From contig JBKEDG010000061.1 in the NCBI GenBank assembly GCA_047975285.1, positions 8,808 to 72,807 on the forward strand: DNA of 64,000 nt, given 5' to 3'. The DNA comes from Bacilli bacterium. GTDB lineage: Bacteria > Bacillota_I > Bacilli_A > JBKEDG01. This document shows, piece after piece, positions 47,946 through 57,304 of this stretch (positions within the stretch are counted from its first letter, which is position 1; every line of letters starts with the position of its first letter). The notes beneath the pieces were generated by a model. It saw only the letters and a program-made list of their open reading frames with translations, was not told the DNA's origin and ran no database searches. The translations under genes were made by a program, and so were the position numbers.

Positions 47946-48869
47946 TTAATTCCTACTTATATAGTTATATTCATCTAAACTAATTTGCAACTTATATATT
48001 TCATTACTTTTTTCACCAACATACCTAAAATGTCCCCGTTCTTCATACTTAAAAATTGCAGAATATTCTTTCTTGAAACGCAAAATAAAACCATATTTAC
48101 TACCTATTTTTTCTATTGTACTATCATGCTCTTCTTTATAATCTAAATCAATTGCTAGTCCTGTTGCATGTTCATCGTACAAATCACCTTTATCTAAAGT
48201 CTTAACAATTGTGTATTTTATATTAAAACTATCAAGTTCATCAAAAAATTTTTCTAGGTCATTGCACATTTTATTATTGTATACGCTGAATCCATAACAA
48301 TAAGTCCAATTTCTGTTAGCACTATTTAACTTATTATATTTATTAACAATACTAAGTTCATTAACTTCATAAATAGTATTATAGTTATCATATGCACTTA
48401 AATCATAATCTAAATTTACATTTAAAATAGCATCTTCTCCTTTATAATCTAAATACCTTTCTGTCCTTGATTCTATAAAATACTCATCGCCAAATAATTT
48501 CCTAAATTTTCTATTATTGGATTTATTTATTAATTTGTAATCAAATTCTATTTCAACCATCTTTATTATGTCATCTATACTATAATATTTAGTTAAATGA
48601 TTAATTTTATCTAAATTCACATCACAATTTCTAATTTTTTTATAGATGCCAATGTTATTTACATCAAAATCGTCTTTTAATATATTACAATCAATATATT
48701 CATAATATCGATCTAATTCTATCTCTAACTCTTGAATCTTTTGATATGAATTATTATTGTATTTATATAAATTTTCTTCGATAACAAAGTCATTTGCTGG
48801 ATTATAATTCATATAAATCACAAAAATTATAAATATTGAAATAATAAAAAAAGGAATATACGTTTTCAT
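47946..48869 (-). CDS. membrane-anchored M15B (VanY-like) D-Ala-D-Ala carboxypeptidase family protein
   Basis: 307 aa; N-terminal TM; catalytic motifs EHATGLAIDL (SxHxxGxAxD-like) and EERGHFRY (EPWHxRYVG-like) in the C-terminal ~110 aa. Confidence 0.6.
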   Translation of the reverse strand: MKTYIPFFIISIFIIFVIYMNYNPANDFVIEENLYKYNNNSYQKIQELEIELDRYYEYIDCNILKDDFDVNNIGIYKKIRNCDVNLDKINHLTKYYSIDDIIKMVEIEFDYKLINKSNNRKFRKLFGDEYFIESRTERYLDYKGEDAILNVNLDYDLSAYDNYNTIYEVNELSIVNKYNKLNSANRNWTYCYGFSVYNNKMCNDLEKFFDELDSFNIKYTIVKTLDKGDLYDEHATGLAIDLDYKEEHDSTIEKIGSKYGFILRFKKEYSAIFKYEERGHFRYVGEKSNEIYKLQISLDEYNYISRN

Positions 48870-48912
48870 AAATCACCTCAAACTTATATTCCATAAAACT
48901 ATTTATTTTCAT

Positions 48913-51024
48913 TTATTTTACAAGATCAGTTATAACTTCTCTTGGCTTACTTCCATTTTGTGGACCAATAATTCCATTCATTTCTAAGTCATCAATCAAT
49001 CGCGAAGCACGATTGTATCCTATTCTAAATTTTCTTTGTAAAAGAGAGGTTGATGCACTCCCATTTTCCAAAACAAATTCCAAAACATCTTCATAAAGAT
49101 CATCCTCACTTTTTGATTGCTCTTTAGGTTTATTAATACTCATCATCTCTTCATCAAACTTAGCTAATTGTTGCTTAGAACAATAGTAAACAACATTTTC
49201 AACTTCCTCTTCACTTAAAAACGCTCCTTGAATTCTAAGTGGATGGTTCTGTCCCATTGGTAAAAATAACATATCTCCTTTACCTAGCAACTTTTCTGCA
49301 CCTATACTATCTAAAATTGTTCTTGAATCAATACTACTACTCACTCCAAATGCTATTCTTGATGGAATATTAGACTTAATCACACCTGTGATTATGTCTG
49401 TTGAAGGGCGTTGAGTTGCAACTATCAGATGAATCCCTGCAGCCCTTGCCATTTGTGTAATTCTCATAATCGAATCTTCAACATCTTTGCAAGCTACAAG
49501 CATTAAATCTGCAAGTTCATCTACAATAACTACAATATAAGGAATTTTAGCTTCAACCAACCCACTTTCTTCCATTTTTTGATTATATGATTCAAAATTT
49601 TTACACCCTTTATCACTAAACAAGTCATACCTTCTCTCCATTTCAGCAACAATTTTTTGAAGTGCCATTGATGCTTTTCTTGGATCAGTAACAACTGGAG
49701 AAAGCAAATGTGGCAAGCCATTATACCCACTCAACTCAACTTTTTTAGGATCAATCATTAACATTTTTACTTCACTTGGCGTTGCACGCATTGCTAAAGA
49801 AATTATAATTGAATTAATGCACACACTTTTACCACTACCAGTAGCACCCGCAACTAGTAAATGTGGCATTTTACTTAATGTTGTATAAACAGGTTTACCC
49901 ATAATATCTTTACCTAGTACAAAAACAGTTTTATTTGCTTCACTTTTAGGTATAGTATCTAAAATTTCTTTTAGCGTTACTATACTTGCTTGGTCATTAG
50001 GAATTTCTATTCCAACAGTATTCTTTTGAGGAATAGGCGCTTGGATTCTAACATCCTTAGCGGCAAGGGCAAGGGCAAGTTCCCCACTAAGATTTCTAAC
50101 TTTTGAAAGCTTCGTTCCAATTTGTAGTTCAATTTCAAATTGAGTAACAGTTGGTCCTACATTAGTAGCAACAACACAACAATTTACACCAAATTGAGCA
50201 AATGTATTAACCAAGATATCAGCCTTGCTCTTAAGTTGTTCTTTAGAAATTGTTTTATTTTTTATACCATTTGCTAGTAGTGCATTAGGTGGTAATTCAT
50301 ATTTACCAGATGTACTTATTTCCATAGTAGAGGCTTTTTGAATATTACGTGAAGTCTCTACTTTCTCAGCCCTGTCATTATTAACATTTTCTTCAAAATC
50401 ATAAATTTTCATCTTTCTATTGTTATTTTTAATTTTAGTAATTAAAGGTTTCTTGACTTTATTGATTTTTACCTTATTTTTTTTCTTTTCTTTTTTTAAA
50501 AAAGAAAGCAATGGTTTTTGAAAAAACAAGAGCAAAGAAACAACTACTAAAGCAGAAAATACTATAATAGTTCCAACTAAGTTAAATAACTTTATAGATA
50601 TTGTCGCTAGCGTATATCCTAATATACCACCAGAAAAATTGCTTAAATCATTAGATTTTATATACTTTGAAATACTATCAAATAAAACGTCCACATATCT
50701 AAGAAATTCGCTATTTTTTTCCACACTAAGAAGTGATGTAAATACAAGTAAACTAACTAACCCCAAAATCAATGCCATAAACTTATAAAACTTAACACCC
50801 TTAATTTCTTTGGATAATATTGCAGTAATTGCATATACAAAAGCCAGTGCATAAATAATGAAAGAATTATTACCAAAAAAGAATATTAAAAAGGCACCAC
50901 ACAGTCTACTAAACGTTCCTATTCCAAAAAATAATAAAATTGAAACTGCAAGTAGAGAAACTCCAATAATCTCTGTCTTAACAACTGAATTAATTTCTTT
51001 CTTTTTTTTATCTTTTTTAGCCAT
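48913..51024 (-). CDS. ftsK: DNA translocase FtsK/SpoIIIE
   Basis: 703 aa; N-terminal TM segments, motor domain Walker A LVAGATGSGKS, Walker B, C-terminal winged-helix gamma domain (LLQRKFRIGYNRASRLIDDLE). Confidence 0.92.
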   Translation of the reverse strand: MAKKDKKKKEINSVVKTEIIGVSLLAVSILLFFGIGTFSRLCGAFLIFFFGNNSFIIYALAFVYAITAILSKEIKGVKFYKFMALILGLVSLLVFTSLLSVEKNSEFLRYVDVLFDSISKYIKSNDLSNFSGGILGYTLATISIKLFNLVGTIIVFSALVVVSLLLFFQKPLLSFLKKEKKKNKVKINKVKKPLITKIKNNNRKMKIYDFEENVNNDRAEKVETSRNIQKASTMEISTSGKYELPPNALLANGIKNKTISKEQLKSKADILVNTFAQFGVNCCVVATNVGPTVTQFEIELQIGTKLSKVRNLSGELALALAAKDVRIQAPIPQKNTVGIEIPNDQASIVTLKEILDTIPKSEANKTVFVLGKDIMGKPVYTTLSKMPHLLVAGATGSGKSVCINSIIISLAMRATPSEVKMLMIDPKKVELSGYNGLPHLLSPVVTDPRKASMALQKIVAEMERRYDLFSDKGCKNFESYNQKMEESGLVEAKIPYIVVIVDELADLMLVACKDVEDSIMRITQMARAAGIHLIVATQRPSTDIITGVIKSNIPSRIAFGVSSSIDSRTILDSIGAEKLLGKGDMLFLPMGQNHPLRIQGAFLSEEEVENVVYYCSKQQLAKFDEEMMSINKPKEQSKSEDDLYEDVLEFVLENGSASTSLLQRKFRIGYNRASRLIDDLEMNGIIGPQNGSKPREVITDLVK

Positions 51025-51032
51025 ATTCTCCC

Positions 51033-52703
51033 CTATAATGTTTGAAGCATTGTTATAATCATTGGTCTTCTACCCTTTTCATCATATATGTATAATGAAA
51101 GTTGTTCTCTTACAGCCTTTTGAATTTCATTATAAGTAGCCGATTCATCAAGAGCCGTAGTAATAATTTTTTTACTTTCATTTTTTAATAACTCAATGTA
51201 CTCTCTATTTTCTTGTATGTGAATGAAACCCCTAGTAACAACTTCAGGACCTGCAACAATTTTTTTATTTTTAAAATTCAAAGCACAACTAACAATAATT
51301 ATTCCATTTTCCTTTAAAAGTTCACGATCCTTTAAAACAACTTCTCCTTCGCTTATTGTATTCCCATCAACCAAAACGTCGCCAACTTTAATATCTGCCC
51401 CAAGGCTAAACTTTTTATTTTCAAAAACAGCGACATTACCATTGTCTAACATCAAAATATTATTTTCATCATACATTGCTGAAATTGCAGCTTTTTTTAC
51501 ATATGTCTGATGTCTATATTCTCCTTTAATTGGAATTAAATATTTAGGTTTAAGTAACTCAAGCATTAAAAGTACATCTTCTTTTGAAGCATGATTACCT
51601 CTTACTTGTTTTTTGCCAACTTCAATAACACTAGCTCCAGTACGATATATATCATCAGTAATCTTGGTAGCCTCCAACTCTGTATTTGGCACAGGACTTG
51701 CAGCAATTAAAACACTATCATCACTTGTCAATTTAAGATGGTTGTCATTTCCCTTAACAATTTTGTCCATTCCACTAAATGGTCTATCTCGTTCACCAGA
51801 AACAATAATTGTCAAGTCTTCATCAATATGTTTGTCAAGATTAAATATTGAAACCAAATCTTTTTTATCAAAATTAAATACCTTAGTTTTAATACCATTA
51901 TTAACTATTTCAGTTAGCCTTTTCCCATATATAACAACTTTTCTATTAGCAGATTTTGACTCAGTCAAAACTTCTTGTATTCGATAATAATTAGAACTAT
52001 ATATCATAACAAATGCTCTTCTACCAGCACTTTCAAAATATTCTGATAATATATCATTAATACGATGTTCTGGTGAAGTATGCCCAGATTTTTGTGCTTG
52101 TAACGATTCTGTTAATAAACATAGTACTCCTTGCTTACCAAGATAAGCTATTTTTCCAATATCAGTAGAATAATTGAATGATGCACTATGGTCAAAAATA
52201 TAATCCGTTGCATAGAAAATAATCCCTTGTTTAGTATTCACTGCATATCCAAAATTTCCTGGAGCAGAATGTGTAAGAGGAATCGCAAAAACGCTATACT
52301 TTCCAAATGAAACATTTTCAAAACGGTCAATAATTTTCATGTTATTACTTTTGAGATTTGACTCCTCAAGCACATAGTTGACCATACTTATGGTAGTTGA
52401 AGATCCATGGATAGTTACGTTTGGAAAGAGAGTAACAAAATCATTTATAGCTCCTACATTATCCATATGTCCGTGAGAAATAAATATTCCCTTTATTCTC
52501 TCCTTATTCTCCTTTAAATATGTAAAATCAGGAACAACCGTATCTATTCCATACATATTTTCATCAGGATACTTGAACCCCGCATCAAATAATATAATAT
52601 CATTACCTATTTCAACACCATACATATTTTTCCCATTTTCACCCATACCACCAAGTGCAAATATTTTAATTTTACTCATAATCGTCCTCCAGTTATATAA
52701 CAT
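51033..52703 (-). CDS. rnj: ribonuclease J (true start probably MSKIKIFALGG)
   Basis: 556 aa; metallo-beta-lactamase plus beta-CASP architecture, motifs IFISHGHMDNVGAI and TDYIFDH; KIKIFALGGMGENGKN N-terminus typical of RNase J. Confidence 0.88.
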   Translation of the reverse strand: MLYNWRTIMSKIKIFALGGMGENGKNMYGVEIGNDIILFDAGFKYPDENMYGIDTVVPDFTYLKENKERIKGIFISHGHMDNVGAINDFVTLFPNVTIHGSSTTISMVNYVLEESNLKSNNMKIIDRFENVSFGKYSVFAIPLTHSAPGNFGYAVNTKQGIIFYATDYIFDHSASFNYSTDIGKIAYLGKQGVLCLLTESLQAQKSGHTSPEHRINDILSEYFESAGRRAFVMIYSSNYYRIQEVLTESKSANRKVVIYGKRLTEIVNNGIKTKVFNFDKKDLVSIFNLDKHIDEDLTIIVSGERDRPFSGMDKIVKGNDNHLKLTSDDSVLIAASPVPNTELEATKITDDIYRTGASVIEVGKKQVRGNHASKEDVLLMLELLKPKYLIPIKGEYRHQTYVKKAAISAMYDENNILMLDNGNVAVFENKKFSLGADIKVGDVLVDGNTISEGEVVLKDRELLKENGIIIVSCALNFKNKKIVAGPEVVTRGFIHIQENREYIELLKNESKKIITTALDESATYNEIQKAVREQLSLYIYDEKGRRPMIITMLQTL

Positions 52704-52760
52704 TTATATATTATAACACATTTTTACACAAAATTATAGAGTTTAATGTTAATAAACTAA

Positions 52761-52798
52761 TATAAAAAGTACAGAAGTAATCTAACTTCTATACTTTT
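52761..52798 (-). terminator. intrinsic terminator at the end of the hut operon
   Basis: Minus strand AAAAGUAUAGAAG-UUAGAUUA-CUUCUGUACUUUU (13-bp stem including one G.U) ending in a U-run; 22 nt after the cyclodeaminase stop. Confidence 0.6.
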
Positions 52799-52819
52799 AA
52801 ATTCCAAACTATTACCTTA

Positions 52820-53461
52820 TTATAAATAACTATTTACCTTTTCTTGATACACATTTAAAAATTCTGTTGACTCTTTAGAAATCTCTAAACATTTTGATTT
52901 ATAATAACTTACTAAATCTACATCACTTAACCCCGGCAAATTAATTTTTACATTTAAAATAGCCCCTTCAATTCCTGCCGATAAAAGCAATGCAGCAACA
53001 CCAACATCTGTAATAGCATTTTTATTTCCAAATTCAATAATGCTTGTCAATAGTTTAAGTGCTTTCAAACTTTCTGTAGCAATCTCATAAGGAACCTTAA
53101 TTATTTCTTTTGTAGCTTCTTCCATTTGTTCAAGACGAAATTGCTTTTCCTCTTCACTATCTTTTGGTAATTTTAATGCTTTCATGAAAATTCCAAATGA
53201 TCTTGTATCTTCATCAACTAAAAACTCAAGACTATCTTGGTGCGCTTTTAACTTAGAAAATGACTCACTAAATAAATCCTTATCTTTTTCATCAAGAGCT
53301 TCATACTTCTTCTTACCAAAAGTTAAATGCCCCACCATTCTAGCAAGTGCACAACCAACAGCTGCAGCAACACTACTAACACTACCACCACCTGGAGCTG
53401 GTGAATCAGAATCAACTTCCTTCACAAATTCTTTTACTGTCAAATCAATTAAATTACCCAC
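52820..53461 (-). CDS. formiminotetrahydrofolate cyclodeaminase / methenyl-THF cyclohydrolase-family protein (FTCD C-domain); start re-assigned to a GTG at 53461
   Basis: SPAPGGGSVSSVAAAVGCAL motif about 20 residues from the N-terminus, as in cyclodeaminases; GTG overlaps the hutI stop (GTGGGTAA) and has GGAGGA 7 nt upstream; the track's longer ORF (to 53563, TTG start) would overlap hutI by about 110 nt. Confidence 0.7.
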   Translation of the reverse strand: MGNLIDLTVKEFVKEVDSDSPAPGGGSVSSVAAAVGCALARMVGHLTFGKKKYEALDEKDKDLFSESFSKLKAHQDSLEFLVDEDTRSFGIFMKALKLPKDSEEEKQFRLEQMEEATKEIIKVPYEIATESLKALKLLTSIIEFGNKNAITDVGVAALLLSAGIEGAILNVKINLPGLSDVDLVSYYKSKCLEISKESTEFLNVYQEKVNSYL

Positions 53462-54743
53462 AACTACATCCTCCACAACCACTTGATTTTTCTTTATATA
53501 TTTCGCCGTTAGCAACAACAAGTTTACCATCTTTAAAGACGTGTTTAACATGGCTTTTACCAAAATTATAGAATAAATAATTTAAATTATCAGTATTATA
53601 AACTACAAAGTCAGCATTTTTACCTATTTCAATACTACCTACTTCTTTCTCTAATCCAACTGCCTTTGCAGCATTTATTGTCGTAGCACTAAGAACTTCC
53701 TCAGGTAGCATTCTAACTTTACTCGCTGCCAAATACATTGCAAAAGGTAAACTTTCACTAGGACAACTACCTGGATTATAGTCAGTTGAAACTGCAACAC
53801 AACAGCCAGCATCAATCATATCACGACCTTTTGCAAAATCTTTGTTTAAATTAAATGATGTTGCAACAAGTAAATTAGCTACGATATCACTATTTGCCAT
53901 AGCATCTATCCCTTCTTTACCAGTAGCCATTAAATGATCCGCACTAACACAGCCTAATTCACAAGCTAGTTTTGCTCCACCTAAATCGACAATTTCATCA
54001 GCATGAATTTTCGCTTTAAAACCTTTTGCAACAGCATGTGATAAAATATCTCTCGATTCTTTTGGATTAAATACTGCATCTTCACAGAAAATATCAACAA
54101 ATCTAGCTAAGTCTTTATCAGCCAAATAATCAATCATTTCTTTAACAAGTTTGATATATCCCGCCTTGTTTTCCTTATATTCAGGTGGAACAGCATGAGC
54201 ACCCATAAATGTTGAAACCACTGATATAGGATGTAACTCATTTAACCTTTTGGCCACCTCAAGTTGTTTAAGTTCTGTTTCAAGATTTAAACCATATCCA
54301 CTTTTTGCTTCAACTGTAGTAACACCATATTTTAGCATTGTGTTTAAGCTATCATATGCTTTTTGAAGTAATGAATCAGCACTTGCATTTTTTGTCGCCT
54401 CAACAGTACTTAGTATCCCACCACCAGCTTTTAAAATATCAAGGTAGGGAACACCTTCTAATTTCATCTTTAGTTCATGCTCACGACTTCCACCATGTAC
54501 TAAGTGAGTGTGGGCATCGACCAAACCAGGTGTAACTAGAAATTTATCAGCATCTAAAATAAGCGTATTTTCATCAACCAAGCTTTCATCATATTCACCA
54601 GTTCCTACATGGGAAAATTTCCCCTTTGTTACAGCAAACCAACCATTATCAATTGCTCCAACTTCCTTCATTTCACTACCACGTCTTGGACCTCCATCCA
54701 TTGTAATCAATGTTGAAGTATTATATACTATTAAATCAGCCAT
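53454..54743 (-). CDS. hutI: imidazolonepropionase
   Basis: 429 aa amidohydrolase; metal-binding HTHLV near the N-terminus, KIHADE and D-loop motifs; C-terminal CGGCSCG tail coincides with the downstream gene's SD. Confidence 0.9.
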   Translation of the reverse strand: MADLIVYNTSTLITMDGGPRRGSEMKEVGAIDNGWFAVTKGKFSHVGTGEYDESLVDENTLILDADKFLVTPGLVDAHTHLVHGGSREHELKMKLEGVPYLDILKAGGGILSTVEATKNASADSLLQKAYDSLNTMLKYGVTTVEAKSGYGLNLETELKQLEVAKRLNELHPISVVSTFMGAHAVPPEYKENKAGYIKLVKEMIDYLADKDLARFVDIFCEDAVFNPKESRDILSHAVAKGFKAKIHADEIVDLGGAKLACELGCVSADHLMATGKEGIDAMANSDIVANLLVATSFNLNKDFAKGRDMIDAGCCVAVSTDYNPGSCPSESLPFAMYLAASKVRMLPEEVLSATTINAAKAVGLEKEVGSIEIGKNADFVVYNTDNLNYLFYNFGKSHVKHVFKDGKLVVANGEIYKEKSSGCGGCSCG

Positions 54744-55636
54744 TATAATAAACTATTCTCCAAAACCATATCCATATTAAACCCTTCAACTTTCAAGTAG
54801 AAACTTGCACAATCAGTAAGTGCCTCCATTGGAAGTGAGCCAATAATCTCGCTACCAATTACATTAACACCATACCTAGCAGCTTCAAATTTAACTGTTT
54901 CAAAAACTCTATATATACTTGTTTTTCTATAATCAAGGATATTCATAGAAACTTGTACAATTCCACGCTCTGTTAGTTCCATTGGTCCAGCTTGTACAAA
55001 ACGAAACCCACCACTACTAAATCTAATTGCCTTAGAAATCGATGCTGCAATATCTACATTATCTGTATCTAAATTAATATTAAAAGCAATAAGTGGAACA
55101 CGAGCACCCACAGCAGTACATCCAGCGGTCGGATGTTTTTTTGCGTTCCCATAGTCAGGAGCCCAATTTTCTTCTTTAATTTTATCATCAAATCCTTCAA
55201 ATTCACCTTTTCTTATTGTTGGTAATTTAATACGATCTGGTTTATTAGCCGCTTCTGCATACATATAAATAGGTAAATCATACTTGCTTGCCAATTCTTT
55301 TCCAAGTTCATTTGCAACTTCAACACACTCTTCCATTGTAATATTTTTAAGTGGAATAAATGGAATAACATCTGTTGCCCCCATTCTCTTATGTTCTCCT
55401 GAATGGTTATTTAAGTCGATTAGTTCTGTAGTTTTTCCAACTAAGTCAATTAACGCACTCTTAATTGCATCAATATCTCCAAGTAAAGTTACAACTGTTC
55501 TGTTGTGATCTGGATCTGGCAAATAACTTACTAGTTTAAAACCTTTACGGTCCTTTAATACACTTACAATTTTTTCAACTTTATCTAAATCCCTACCTTC
55601 TGAAAAGTTAGGTACACATTGAACTATTCTATTCAT
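54743..55636 (-). CDS. ftcD: glutamate formimidoyltransferase (formiminotransferase domain only)
   Basis: 297 aa; MNRIVQCVPNFSEGRD N-terminus is the hallmark of the FTCD transferase domain. Confidence 0.85.
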   Translation of the reverse strand: MNRIVQCVPNFSEGRDLDKVEKIVSVLKDRKGFKLVSYLPDPDHNRTVVTLLGDIDAIKSALIDLVGKTTELIDLNNHSGEHKRMGATDVIPFIPLKNITMEECVEVANELGKELASKYDLPIYMYAEAANKPDRIKLPTIRKGEFEGFDDKIKEENWAPDYGNAKKHPTAGCTAVGARVPLIAFNINLDTDNVDIAASISKAIRFSSGGFRFVQAGPMELTERGIVQVSMNILDYRKTSIYRVFETVKFEAARYGVNVIGSEIIGSLPMEALTDCASFYLKVEGFNMDMVLENSLL

Positions 55637-55645
55637 AATCTCTCC

Positions 55646-57304
55646 TTAAAATAATCCGTCGATTTTCCCATCGTCGGAAATTGTCATTCTATTTGCTGCA
55701 GGTACTTTTGGTAACCCCGGCATTCTCATTACACTACCAAGGATTGCAACAACAAATCCTGCTCCTGTATTTACAATAAAATCTCTAACAGTTACATCAA
55801 AACCACTTGGTGCTCCGATTTTTTTAGCATCGTCACTAAATGAGTATTGTGTCTTTGCAACACAGATTGGAAAATTACCAAACCCACCTTTTTCAATTTT
55901 CTCTAATGATTCTTTTGCCTCTTCTGTCAAAATAACGTTTTTTGCACCATATATTTCAGTAGCAATTTTATTCATTTTTGCTTCTAGGCTCATATCTAAA
56001 TCATATAAATATTTAAAATCGTTTTTCTGTTCACAAATTTCAACAACTGCATTTGCTAAATCAACTGCTCCTTCTCCACCTTTTGCATGAACTTCAGTAA
56101 GTATTGCTTTTATTCCCAAATCTGCACACATTTTGGTAAGTAAATCAAATTCTGCCTTAGTGTCAGTTGGAAATGCATTAATTGCAACAACTGGAGTAAG
56201 TCCAAATTTCTTTACATTTATAATATGTTTTTCTAAGTTGCAAAAACCAGTTTTAACAGCTTCAAGATTTTCGCTTGCAAGGTCAGTTTTTTCAACACCA
56301 CCATGCATTTTTAATGCTCTAATCGTAGCCACTAAAACTACAGCAGAAGGTGTTAAATTACCGTATCTACACTTAATGTCTATAAACTTCTCAGCACCCA
56401 AATCTGCTCCAAACCCTGCCTCAGTAACAGTATAATCACTTAACTTAAGAGCTGTTTCTGTTGCAATAATTGAATTACATCCATGAGCAATATTTGCAAA
56501 TGGTCCACCATGAATAACAACTGGAGTGTGTTCAAGAGTTTGTACTAGATTAGGCTTCATAGCATCCTTTAAAAGCAAACAAACTGCGTGTGTTGCTTGG
56601 ATATCATTTACAGTTATTTTTTCACCTTTTGTTGAATAAGCAATGATAATTCTTCCAACTCGTTTTTTTAAGTCTCCGATATCTGTAGCAAGACATAATA
56701 TTGCCATTATCTCACTTGCAACAGTAATATCAAATCCATCTTTTCTAGTCATTTGATCATATTTACCATCTATTCCAACAACAACTCTTCTTAACGCACG
56801 ATCATTTAAATCTACACAGCGCTTCCAAGTAATATTTTCAATATCAACATCTAAATTGTTACCTTGAAAAATATGATTATCTAACATAGTAGCAATTAAA
56901 TTATTAGCAGAAGTAATAGCATGAAAATCACCCGTAAAGTGAAGATTTATATCTTCCATAGGAACAACTTGTGCTTCTCCACCACCTGCGGCTCCACCTT
57001 TAATACCAAAGATTGGGCCAAGACTAGGTTCTCTAAGAGCACTAATTGCACTCTTACCAATCTTATTAAGTCCCATTGACAATCCAATATTAACGGTTGT
57101 TTTTCCTTCACCTGCAGGTGTAGGACTAATAGCTGTAACTAAAATCAATTTACCTTTTTTATCTGATTTTATTTTAGAAATATCAATCTTTGCTTTATAT
57201 TTACCATATAATTCTAAACTATCTTCATTTAACCCTAATTTTTCTCCAACTTTTAAAATATGTTGCATCTCACAACTTTGTGCTATTTCAATATCTGATC
57301 TCAT
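55646..57304 (-). CDS. fhs: formate--tetrahydrofolate ligase
   Basis: 552 aa; SDIEIAQ..., P-loop [10 protein letters not shown], and conserved FTHS core. Confidence 0.92.
   Translation of the reverse strand: MRSDIEIAQSCEMQHILKVGEKLGLNEDSLELYGKYKAKIDISKIKSDKKGKLILVTAISPTPAGEGKTTVNIGLSMGLNKIGKSAISALREPSLGPIFGIKGGAAGGGEAQVVPMEDINLHFTGDFHAITSANNLIATMLDNHIFQGNNLDVDIENITWKRCVDLNDRALRRVVVGIDGKYDQMTRKDGFDITVASEIMAILCLATDIGDLKKRVGRIIIAYSTKGEKITVNDIQATHAVCLLLKDAMKPNLVQTLEHTPVVIHGGPFANIAHGCNSIIATETALKLSDYTVTEAGFGADLGAEKFIDIKCRYGNLTPSAVVLVATIRALKMHGGVEKTDLASENLEAVKTGFCNLEKHIINVKKFGLTPVVAINAFPTDTKAEFDLLTKMCADLGIKAILTEVHAKGGEGAVDLANAVVEICEQKNDFKYLYDLDMSLEAKMNKIATEIYGAKNVILTEEAKESLEKIEKGGFGNFPICVAKTQYSFSDDAKKIGAPSGFDVTVRDFIVNTGAGFVVAILGSVMRMPGLPKVPAANRMTISDDGKIDGLF

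Noticed and set aside
53454-53490. Cys-rich C-terminal tail of HutI (SSGCGGCSCG) as a possible metal-binding site
   Set aside because: The same nucleotides encode the GGAGGA Shine-Dalgarno and GTG start of the overlapping cyclodeaminase gene. The tail is most likely a coding by-product of that overlap.
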